In this document: positions 48,097 through 58,904 of the stretch, piece after piece
How positions within the stretch are numbered: the stretch's first letter is position 1
Layout of the letters: every line of letters begins with the position of its first letter
Source of the DNA: Trichodelitschia bisporula
Taxonomy: Eukaryota
Assembly (NCBI GenBank): GCA_010356995.1
Contig: ML996698.1
Location: 741,923-805,922 of the forward strand
Length of the DNA: 64,000 nucleotides
Reading direction: 5' to 3'
Program-made: the position numbers and the translations under genes
Notes under the pieces: model-generated
Database searches by the model: none
Told to the model about the DNA's origin: nothing
The model's input: the letters and a program-made list of their open reading frames with translations, nothing else

Positions 48097-49204
48097 TCAG
48101 CTCCCCGACGCCTCGCGGTAGAAGGAGATACTTTTCGCTTGGCCTGCAACCGCGAACATCTCACCTCGCGTCTGCCCCTTGGCCACCGCCTTGGGCAACC
48201 AACGCACACACCACAGACACTTGGCCGTCTCACCATGCGTAGCGACGCACGCGCGGTTCTCAATGGACCATATCTTGAGGCGACCGTCGTAGGCACTGCC
48301 ATCGTCAGCAGTCAGAAGCCAGAGGAGGGGGGAAGCCACGCACCCGCTGAGCAGATACTCGCCCGTTGCATTGAAGTCCAATGACATCACCCACGCCTTG
48401 TGCCCCGTGAAGGTCATCACCTGGTCGCCCGTCTTCACGTCATACACGGCGATGATACCCGCGTCACCGGCGGCGGCGAGCAGCTTGGCCGCAGGAGAGA
48501 AGGCGACAGAGCGGATAACGAGCATCAGGCCTGCCGATTAGCCTCACAGTCAACAAAGCCTCAAAGGGCATGTGAACTTACCTTGACACGAGTGCCACAG
48601 TTTGCCCTTCTGGTTGTCGAAGATGTAAACCCCACCGTTCAGATGCCCAGATGCCACGAGCTCCCCTTCACCCGTCTGATCTGTTAGCCCCATCCCATGC
48701 CCAGCAGGAGACTCTTACAATCGCGACACTAGTCCCAAAGCTGTTCTTCGTGAAGTAGCTGCGCACCAGCGGCCAGCCCTCCTCCTTCAGATCCCACACG
48801 CTGACATGCCCGTCCGACGCCGTACCGGCTAGATAGCGGCCATCGGCGCTAAGCGCCACGGCCCAGATGAAGCCCCCCGAGCCGGCCGTCGTGAGCTTGC
48901 CCTCGAGGACCCAGTCATCGGTGGCCTCGGTTCCTGGCGGGATCTTCCAGATGAGGACTTCGCCTGCGAACCCTTTGCTCACGACCGTGTCGCCATTGGC
49001 GGAGGCGGTCATGTGGTGCACGCCTGCGATGTGCTCCTTGGGGAAGGTATGGACGTGCGGGAAGTCGCTGGTCGTTGTGGCGTTGAATTGGATGGATGAG
49101 GCGCCGGAGCAGGAGAGGATGCCTGTGGGGGTGGGGGCAAGGTGAAAGATGTCTGTTGGGTGGACGTCGTCCAAGGTGTGGATGGTGAGGTATTGTTTCG
49201 ACAT
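48097..49204 (-). CDS. SKI8: WD40 protein Ski8/Rec14
   Basis: MSKQYLTIHTLDDVHPTDIF N-terminus, WAVALSADGRYLAGT, IRSVAFSP, AAGDAGII, GHKAWVMSLDF and SISFYREASG C-terminus. Three introns. Confidence 0.93.
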
Positions 49205-49205
49205 C

Positions 49206-49603
49206 GTGATGTGGGGTTCGCGCGTGGCGCGATGCGCGATGCGGGGTAAAGAGGACGTAGTGGTGAGGCAGGAGAGTTAAAGGTGAAGAGGAGGAGAGCA
49301 AGTTATCTGGAAGTTAAGTTAAGTTAGCTCAGTGCTGCGGCGTGCGCTCATAGCACAGGACAACCTTACCTCACTCCTTCCCGAATAATCTGTTGGAGAG
49401 AAACAGACTGTGACGTGCGGTATGCGAGAGGCACGATGCGGGGTAGAAAGGATTGAGTGGTGAGGCGGAAGAGCTAAAGGTGAGGAAGGGGAGAACCCGT
49501 CGCTAAAGTTAAGTTAGCTCAGTGTTTGCATCGGGAATTCATGGCACCGGGCAGTCGCGTACCTGGTTCCTTCACCAGACAATTCCTGGGAGACGAACAC
49601 ATT
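49206..49603. repeat. Diverged tandem duplication (about 200 bp x2) of the SKI8 upstream region
   Basis: Units about 49206-49409 and 49410-49603 share CGATGCGGGGTA (49237 and 49434) and an identical 19-mer AAGTTAAGTTAGCTCAGTG (49316 and 49506). Confidence 0.85.
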
Positions 49604-49907
49604 GAGGTTGACCTCTCTTATCGATTACATCTGCACGCTCATTGGCCCATTCGGTTTCCTTGTACCTAAATTTCCGATGCTGCAACGAGCATTGTCTTTC
49701 TCCTCACCACGACGCACACAATACAAGTCAGATGCAGCTGAAAGTAGTTGTATGCATGCTCATATGAGCTCATATTCACGTGGCCAGAGGTACCGGGCCG
49801 ATACGGTATGGTACATCCGGTGTATGCAGCAGACCTCGACAAAAATCCCTTCCAACGCCGCCTATGCCGATATCACGCCCAAATGCTTCCTCGGCTCCCT
49901 CTGCATC

Positions 49908-50388
49908 CTATACATCCGCCTTTTTCGCCGTTTCTGCCGTTTCTGCCGTCTCCACAGCCACAGTCGTCTCTTTTGAGCCGCCCTTGAAGAAGTTCTTGAC
50001 GGCTGCGCGGTGTCAGCTTGCACATGGCCCTAAATCTGAGAAGCTCACCTTGCACGCAGTATGGACACAGAACGTGTGCTCTCTTCGCCCTGCCGCATGC
50101 TGAGCACCTATTCAGCGCTGTGACATCCTTCAACGCCTTGCCCGCCATCTGCCTATGCCGCTTTTTCATGTGCGAGGTCTTCTTCTTGGGCACCGCGCGT
50201 AGCACCGACTCCCACACATCTCGTATTAAAGACGAAACGCCAGCAAAAATAGCGATCGATGTGGAGAGAGGTGAGGCGGTGGAGACGTGGGGGAATTGTA
50301 TGCGCCGGAGGACGGGGATTGCAAGGCCCGCCTGCTGGAGCTGGAAGCGGGCGACGAAGCCGGCAAGAGGGGCGGCGGCAAGGGCCAT
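49908..50388 (-). CDS. MRPL32: Mitochondrial ribosomal protein bL32m
   Basis: Presequence-like N-terminus, then AVPKKKTSHMKKRHR and zinc ribbon CSACG...HVLCPYC. One intron (GTGAGC...CAG) before AVKNFFKGG...DV*. Confidence 0.95.
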
Positions 50389-50783
50389 TGTGTGTCGACG
50401 CGAGAGCCCACGGCTCAATAAATTCTTCGGTGGGTGTAATGTAGAATAGAGAAGACGAAGCAGCAAGAGAGACGGCCGTCTTCCTCTCTTCCAAGCAAAA
50501 AAGTATTTTGAGGTTTTGTCGGACGTCGAGATCTGCCCTAGATTGGCTCGGCGGGCGTAGAGCAAACGCGCTAGTCCCAAGGAGGTCAAGCCCGGCTGCA
50601 CGGTCGGGCATGCCCCTTTCCCCGTCGACGATTTCGCGACAACTCAACCCAAACCTCCGCCTTTCTTCTCCACATCTTGCCTTCACCCCATCCACGACTC
50701 ATCATCCCGTCATCGAGAGCTTGCATTTACCTTGCCTGCTCGCCATCTAATTTTTCTCTTGATTGTCACGAAAATCCGTCGCA

Positions 50784-51965
50784 ATGGCTACCGTCAACGC
50801 ACAGTCCCAGTCCACCGTGTTCCCCAAGAGCCATGTTGGCTTCGATAGCATCACTTCGCAGATAGAAAAGAAGCTGTTGAAGCGTGGCTTTCAGTTCAAC
50901 GTCATCTGCGTCGGTACGTGATTTTTTACGTCCGTGTCTATACACGCCCAGTCTAACAAACGCAAGGCCAAACCGGTCTCGGCAAGTCGACGCTCATCAA
51001 CACAATCTTCGCCTCGCACCTCATGGACAGCAAGGGCCGTCTGCAACCCGATGAGCCCATCCGCAGCACGACGGAGATCCAGACCGTCAGCCACATCATC
51101 GAGGAGAACGGCGTGCGGCTGCGCCTCAACATTGTTGACACGCCGGGCTACGGCGACCTGATCAACAACGAGCGGTGCTGGGACCCGATTGTCAAGTACA
51201 TCAAGGACCAGCACAGCGCGTACCTGCGCAAGGAGCTGTCGGCCCAGCGCGAGCGCTATCTGCAGGACACGCGCATCCACTGCTGCTTGTTCTTCATCCA
51301 GCCCTCCGGTCACGCGCTCAAGCCCATCGATATTGTGGTGCTGAAGAAGCTGTCCGAGTTTGTAAACGTTGTGCCCGTCATTGCGAAGAGCGATAGCTTG
51401 ACGCTGGAGGAGCGCGCTGCCTTCAAAGAGCGGATAAAGGAGGAGTTTGCCTTCCACAGCCTGCGCATGTACCCGTACGACAACGAGGAGCATGACTCGG
51501 AGGAGGTGGCGCTGAACACGCAGATCAAGGTCAGCAGGAACGGTCACCATCAAACATAAGCTAACAGATGCAGAGCATTATTCCCTTCGCGGTGGTCGGG
51601 TCGGAGAAGACGATTGTCGTCAATGGCAAGCAGGTCCGCGGGCGGCAAAACCGCTGGGGCGTGATCAACGGTACGTCCCCACAAAACGAACCATACATTC
51701 ATTGTAAAGCCAAAGCTAACCCCGCGCAGTCGAGGACGAGAACCACTGCGAATTCGTCTACCTCCGCAACTTTCTGACCCGTACCCACTTGCAGGACCTG
51801 ATCGAGACTACGTCGCAGATCCACTACGAGAGCTTCCGCGCCAAGCAACTGCTCGCGCTGCGCGAGACTACCACCGCTGGCCACTCTGGCAGCCGGCCCA
51901 TTAGCCCGTCGGCTGAGCGCGAGCTGAGCCGGAACTCGCAACGGATGACTATCAACGGGTACTAA
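50784..51965 (+). CDS. CDC10: Septin, Cdc10/AspD class
   Basis: HVGFDSITSQIEKKLLKRGFQFNVICVG-QTGLGKST, DTPGYGD, IAKSD, GRQNRWG, THLQDLIETT, and no C-terminal coiled coil. Introns 50914-50966, 51530-51573 and 51671-51729. Confidence 0.97.
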
Positions 51966-52777
51966 GCGTATACGTAACGGAGCCGTTGCTAGGGTGGAAG
52001 TCGTGGGGAGGGGCGGGGGACAGGGTGGGAAAGAGAGGCAGCAAGCTGTGATACCAGAAGACTCGATATAGTTCCTTTTAGTTTAGTGTTCAGGCCCCCT
52101 TCCCTCTTTTTTCCGTTTACAGCTGTTTGCTAATGAAGCGTCTTTGTTCCTTGTTTTGGCAATGGGGAGTCCTTTTTGCTGTCGTTTTGTGAGTCTGTTG
52201 ATCGGGCCTGGCCTGGCCTAGCTGGGCGCGAGAGGGCCAGGTGGGTGGGTGCGGTCCAGTCTATCCCCACCTCTTCTCCCCCTTGGTCCTTTCCTCGAAG
52301 TCGATTGAGTTCTGGTGAGAAAGTTCCAAAAGCTGCTTCTTATATCGAGCGTGTGGGGTGTAGTGGTGAGTGAAACGAGGGGGTTAGGCGGGTAATTGAG
52401 ACAGTTTTTGAAGCCTGCAAACCATCATTTCTGTCTCCCTTTTGTCCTCGGTTGGATCTGTGCTGATCGTGAGGCCGAGTACTTGTGGCTGCTACGAGCT
52501 CCCGCCGACTGGAGATGCTGTTGATGCTTTCTCTCCTCCGCCAGCTTCCACGGCGGATGTCCAGTGTGAAGGCTTTTCTTCCGCGATATCTTCATGGTTT
52601 CCCTGCGCATATGCATCGTTAATAACTTTTTTTGCCTGTAGTTGACCGAGCAACGGTGACAACCTCTTGATTCGGTGCTGATGCCGTCACGATGGCTCTC
52701 GGGGCTCGCTGTCTTCTCTCTCCAGATTAATGCCGTTCCGAATGTTTTACTACTGTCCAAAGCCTCCTGCATCAATA

Positions 52778-52869
52778 GCGTTGGTGGTTTAGTGGTAAAA
52801 TCCGTCGTTGCCATCCGAAGCCATTTGGGACGATTCGACGGGCCCCGGGTTCGATTCCCGGCCGACGCA
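52778..52869 (+). tRNA. tRNA-Gly(GCC) with 21-nt intron
   Basis: GCGTTGG/CCGACGC acceptor stem; TGGTTTAGTGG A-box; anticodon arm CGTCG-TT-GCC-A[intron 52814-52834]T-CGACG; GGTTCGATTCC B-box; T-run terminator near 52884. Confidence 0.96.
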
Positions 52870-55800
52870 TGATGGGACAGCTTCTTTTTGCTATCCGATG
52901 GTTTAATCACTAAAGCCTTTGGAAGCACGCAAGGAGGGGGTTGCGTCTTGAGGATGAAGGCGTGGAGGTGGTAGGGTTTGGTCTGTTTTTGTGCGGCCTG
53001 AAATGGATCAGTATTCACATCGGCCTGTCGAAGAACTACGCTCACCTTCAATTCAGGTCCATGTCTCGTGTCTAAACTGACACGAGTAACACACTGGGCC
53101 TAGATCAGGTTCTAGGACGACAGGTGTTGGTCTTTGTGGTTCAAGTCAAAGGCATATCGCCCAGGACTCATTCCTCCTTCTGACCTGATCTTGGAAACCA
53201 AAGAGCGCGTTCTGGTATCGAGAATGCGGAATATCGCTTTTCCGACCTGATGGCAGCGCATTGAGGAGCCCGTGATCAGATCTTGTCAACCTTGTTTTAG
53301 AAGCACCTTCATGAGCGTTTCTGGGGGTTTAGAATTGCCCATGAGACTCTGGTTCGGGGGCGGGCGCGGATAATCTTGCAGGACCCGTGCATTCACTTTC
53401 TCGATCTCGGGGCATGCTGGAATGCATAGATCTGTAACGCTGGATGCAAATAACCATAAATAGTACCTGATCGGATTTGCGGAAGTTCTTGTTGCTGACT
53501 TCGGCTGTCATGGAGCTCGTGTCATGAAGAGAGTTGTGGCATGAGACTTCACTCGCAAGATCGGATAGCTTCTAAGACAACGCATAGATCTTGGATAGAT
53601 TGAAATTGAGCGATCAAGTATACTGAAGGGATGACATGGAGAGATGAGGTCGAGAGTTGAGGTTGACTATGATGAGAACGGAGAAGGTCGTTGATGTCAT
53701 CAGCCTCCCATGGCTGCGGGCGTTGATTGGCCAATGGGTCATCGAACTTCAAGACTACACGAAGATAACTTTCTCACCTGACCTGATCGATAATAGAACA
53801 AAGATTGTCGAGGAAGGCATTCATCTCTTCTAAAAGGCCCCTGAAGCAGTCCGTATGTCATGGCTATTACTATACTACCATGGCCGCCGTTGCGGTTGGC
53901 CTCCAAAGCAGCTTGCAAAGCATTAAGAACCACAATAGCGACCAAGAGACAACGGAAGCCATAGGAAACGACAATCCCAGAGCGGAATTCCAGCACCATA
54001 CAAGTTCAGTATCCAATTGAAACCAGATAGGGCACGCCATATAGCTCCGAATATGGCGTAGTCAACCTCATCGATCGCCGCATCGCTCGGCCTCACCCTC
54101 CGCCGCACCTCAACCACCAGGCGACAGAGTAACGCTTGCGAGCCACCGCAGCCAAGCCTCCAGATCGCGGATAGGTAAGCAGTTCAATCACGCTCAATCA
54201 CTCGCGGCGCCAAAAACCAGACATGTCAAACAACGATCCATCTCCAGCCGCCAGCAAAGGCCACCCCACTCCCCTTGCGCCATCATCGAGACTCGGCGAT
54301 ATACTCACCATGCCGTGCGTAGAGCACCTCCCGAAGTACCGATCCTCGCGCTTACCCTAACGGGCGGCTATAGGCGTATTGACAGGGCTGGTCCTATGGT
54401 CCAGGTGCTTTGCCGTAGGGTACGTACCCTCCACTACTTTACGATCACTACTTTATCGCGAGTCCAGCCGCCGCGATTGCGCAACGGAGCGGCTGTCGCA
54501 CCGCTCTTTGACCCCGCTCACACCACCGCATCATATCCTTTCTCACTACCGGCATTCCCCTCCAACCCAGCCTCCCTCGCGAGGATTCCCCCGCCTGCTA
54601 CCGCACGTGTGAGCAGGGACAGGCCTTCACTCAATATCTCAATATCGTGTCGATCGCGGAGCGGAATCCCCGTGGATCCGACAATCATATCAGTGTACGG
54701 TGTCTATATCCACCAAACGACCCACCCACCCTCCGAAAGTCGCTCCAAAGCCCTTCCTGCGGCCGGGACCATATACGGCCCGGGACCTACGTCCCCGTCA
54801 GCCGGCTTGCCGAAGCCCACACCGAAAAGAGTGGAATCTGGCCCGATCGAGCACCGGCCAATCCGAAACGCCTGTTTCACCTAAATGCTGTCTGCTCGGG
54901 AAGTCACGCTCCCGAGGACACTTACCATGCCGACGGCCGGGTCCGCCCACGTGTGCGCTAGGGCAGCGGGATGATCGATCGTATTTGCGATGGCATGGCA
55001 TCTACGTGCGGCGGCGGGGGTTGCGATTACCATAGTGCTTCTACTATTAGTAGATCAAGATGGGGGTTCCGATATGCCCAGCTGCAAGGCGGGCTTCGTT
55101 GTCCCGTGGCAGAGGGCAGGGCACGGAAAGGGCAGGTGGGCGTCTCTACGGCTGAGTGTACATCGCGCCCGTCGTCGCGACGCGGTGTGCAGACGTACTT
55201 TTGGCCACGGCTCTCGTAGGCGAGCCTCGCTGCGCTACGTAATATCACCGCCGCGCCGACGGGCCCGGCCGCAGGCAAGCCAAGTGACATTCAACAAACG
55301 GACAAAAGGAGCAGTTGGCGGCGCCGACGCACCATGTCGGTATTGCCATGAGGCGCTGCGTGCAACGGAGAATTACGACGCATCTACGAAACCGTGGCCG
55401 CCTGCATCTGGCCACGCTTCGAAACTCAAATCAGCAGTAGAAACACAGGTCTCACAGGGCCGCAGCGCGGTCCGCACGTGGAGTGCCTGCTTCTGCGTCT
55501 GCGTTCGGCGTCACGCACGCCGGGCCGGTTTTGTCGAGGCTGGATCGGTGTCGCGCGGGCTGGACGCCGTGCTACTATCGCATCGCGCGCTGCTGTACAT
55601 CCGTAGAACTAATCATCGTAGCACGCCGTCGTCCCCCTTTTCCAAGTTGTCTCGACCGCGAAATACCAAATCTAGCAACCCTAGACGCTCGATAGCGTTC
55701 TTCTAGCGCACCGCCGTTTCACACACGCACGTGGCGTGCCGCCGACCCCTTGCGCAAACGCTAGTCCTCGTTTCTTTTCCTTTTTGCATGGCTCGGCCCC

Positions 55801-56573
55801 ACGCCCGAAGCGGCGTGTTTGGGATGGGTGATGTGATGTCTCGCAGCGGGAGGGCTTGGCGGAACGCGTGATGCACGCGGGCTCGAGTCGTGCGGCGGTG
55901 GGGAAGGGGAATGGGTAAAATGCGGTGAGAGGAGAAGGTTCAACGTGCGATGATGCTGATACCGCGTGCCCGGCGAGTCGGCCTGCGGCAGGTTCGGCAA
56001 GAGCGGATACTGCATGCAGCGGTGAATACGAGCAGCGATCGCTGCCGTTTGCAGTATCGCAATTCCCGCCGGGCTGGAGCGTTGAATTGGATGTTTCGGC
56101 GCGGGCACGGAGGCGGTTATCTGTGGGCTTTAACAATCCGAGTAGAGCATCGGCTTCGACGTCTGTGCCCGGATGCGGCGTGTTCGTCGTCTGATATCAC
56201 GGCTGTGGTTTGTCTGCCTAAGGCTCGGTATTTTGGGGCCGAGGGGCGAGTTACGGCTTACGCACGTAAGGCCGATGATCGCCCTCTGCAGCCCCGGCCA
56301 TGCGCTCACACTCGTACGAGCAACCACATCCATACGAACTGATCAGCACCGCAACCGCAGCACCTGGCACCGCACTCGCGGCCCGCGCATGTCCCCGGCC
56401 CGGAATGCGAGGCTCGCATCAAATGCGACAACGTACAGAAAGCTCGTCGCCCTGGCAAAGCTCACCGTCATAGGGAAGTTGCCGTTGCCGCTGAGCGCGG
56501 CATCTTCCGCACACCAGCGGCACATCCCGCCGCTCCCGCACCGCGGAACGCCCGCGACGTTGTTTCCTCAGAG

Positions 56574-56602
56574 CATGCCATGCCATGCCATGCCATGCCA
56601 TG
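56574..56602. repeat. (CATGC)n pentanucleotide repeat
   Basis: About 5.5 consecutive units read directly. Confidence 0.9.
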
Positions 56603-58904
56603 ATGCGGCGCTGGTGTCGCGTGGCACCGATTGCGCGCATCAGCGCCGCGTGGGACGGTGTGTGCGGCACCGCATCGCCCGTCCGCCGGACCTGAAGCTC
56701 AACAAGCGCAAAGCCGGCGTCACCCGTCAAGCGCGGGCGGCTCGCTGCATCTCACACTTCCAATGCGAGGTACGGGGAACGGGACTCGGCTGAGTGTCGA
56801 GGCTGGATGCGGTACGGTAGCAGAGCAATTGTTCGCTCGCACTTCACGCACTCGGCTGCCACGGTCGTACAAGCCACGTTCCCGCGGGCGCTGTGCGCCG
56901 TAGGCGCGCTGCTACGGTATCGGTGTTGCACGAGCCCGCGCACAAGCGCCGGGTAAGTGGCTGGCGGCGGGTGGATGCGGTTCGGTGGGGGGAGGATTCT
57001 GGTGCAACGTACGCTGGATGCGGATATTGGAGGGCGTGGGATTTTGATCTGCAGATGCTGATAACTCAATTGCTCCGTCGCTCCTTCCTTCCTGCGCTCC
57101 TTTACGCTGCAGTCCTGGGCCGACGTTGACGACCGTTGGCCACTTACGCGTGGGGCTGGACGGGCGTTTGCGCGGCTACTGGGCTGGCTGCAACATGGCT
57201 GTGGGGCTCGAGTGGGTTAAGCGGATCGCTAGTGGGTGGGGGCAGGAAGTGATGATGGGGGGAAGCTGAGTGGATACTGCACTATCAAAGCCCAACAGGC
57301 TCCGCCGTATCCCGCCTACGCTACTGTACCTCCGTATGGCCCTCGAGCCAAATGCTTCTTGACGCAAATCGGCAGCGCGCGCTCAATCCGCCCACGAACA
57401 CTCAAGGTGAGACTGCACCGGGTGTGGGCCGGGGAAGGCTTGTACGCAGGGGTGTGGGAGGGGCCGGTGGGGAATCTGCAGCGTGGACTTGCGGGACCCT
57501 TGAGGGGAGAGAAGTTGGGGGGGTGGAGAGGATTTTTTTTCTCTTTCCTCGATGCCCGTTGCTCATTCACCATGTTTGGTAAGCGGCTTTGAGGCACGAT
57601 GCTGTGTTTGGTTTTGCTTGCAGGAGGGGAACAAGGAAGCAAGGGGGAGAGCCACGTTGAGGGCCACGAAGCCCAGGGCGCACGAAGCATCAAGCATGCG
57701 ATGGTGCAAGGATGCCACGAGGTTCCGGGGCGTAGCCATGCGAGAAAATATGGGGGGTGGAGTGGAGAGGTGGCGGGTCACGGCTGGTGGGGGGCGAGTG
57801 AGGAGGCGGGTGGGGGATTTTGGAGGGGGATATCCTGGTGGGAGGGCCGAATTGCTGCTCTCTTTTTCGGGGTTCCGCGTAGCGAGTTGAAGCTTGCACG
57901 ACAGAAAGAATTGTAGGATCATAGAAGCTTGTTCCTGTAGTTGCTGCTGGTGATGTTGCTGTGGAGTGGTGAGAGTGGTGCATGGACTGCTGCTATCCTA
58001 CCCGTTCATGTCGTAAATTGCTGCCCGTTGGCCCTTTCTCCCCAGCGATTCATCGTCCCGCTAAAAGTGCCGGTTGAGAATGAAGCTCGGTCGGACAGTC
58101 TGCTCCCCTTCCTCCTTCCCGCCATGTGGTTATTGCTTCGTGAATCGAAGCACGGCTACGGGAACAGACGGCCGACGGGCGCTGGAATCGCCATTCTGGG
58201 GACCTGGGAGAGGACAGCCGGGACGGGATGGGAAGAAGTCTTGGGGCACACGGACACACACACACACACGAGAGAGACGAAGAGAGCAAAGAATGGACTA
58301 GCACAGTCCAGCCAGAGTCAACGGATAGGATATAAAGCAAAAATTTACAGTGGAGAGCGAGCACCAGTGGAACTTTAGTGAAACCTTGGGGGTGGAAGCT
58401 TTGTACATACAGCTTCCTTTACACATGGCCCGGGGTTGTGGAGTCGGAGTGAGGAGAGAGTTTCTCCCCCCAAAGTGAAAGAGTTCCCAAGAGCTGTCCA
58501 AGCCTAAAGAAGACTCCAAAACTGACTCTCAACTCTCCCCCCCTCCCCCCGATCTTTGACTTTGTTGAATCGTTCATGCTCTTCTCATGCTTATGCTCAT
58601 GCTCTCTTCTCTCTCGTTTCTCCCTCTTCATCATCCTCCATCTCCTCCCGGGCTCAGACCTGCGTATCTAGCCTCGTCCCATCCGCCCTCCTCCCATTTC
58701 CATCAGCAACTAGTCTAGCCTCTCCCATCCATCCATCCACCCGCCCAATCCACCACTGACCACCCCCCCCCTCCCTTCACCATCCCCCTACCTCTCCTTA
58801 CTCCCCTACCCAGTTCGCCCTCTCCGCCATTCATTCTCCCCCACCAGTCGTCGGGCTTCGGGTCTAGGGTGCTTATCCTACGCCAAACCCGTCAGGACTT
58901 GTAG

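Noticed and set aside
49206..49603. CRISPR-like or LTR interpretation of the direct repeats
   Set aside because: Only two contiguous diverged units, no spacers, no internal element, and a eukaryotic context.
52425..53051. 208-aa minus-strand ORF
   Set aside because: It has a non-ATG start, lies antisense across the tRNA-Gly gene and shows no recognisable motifs.
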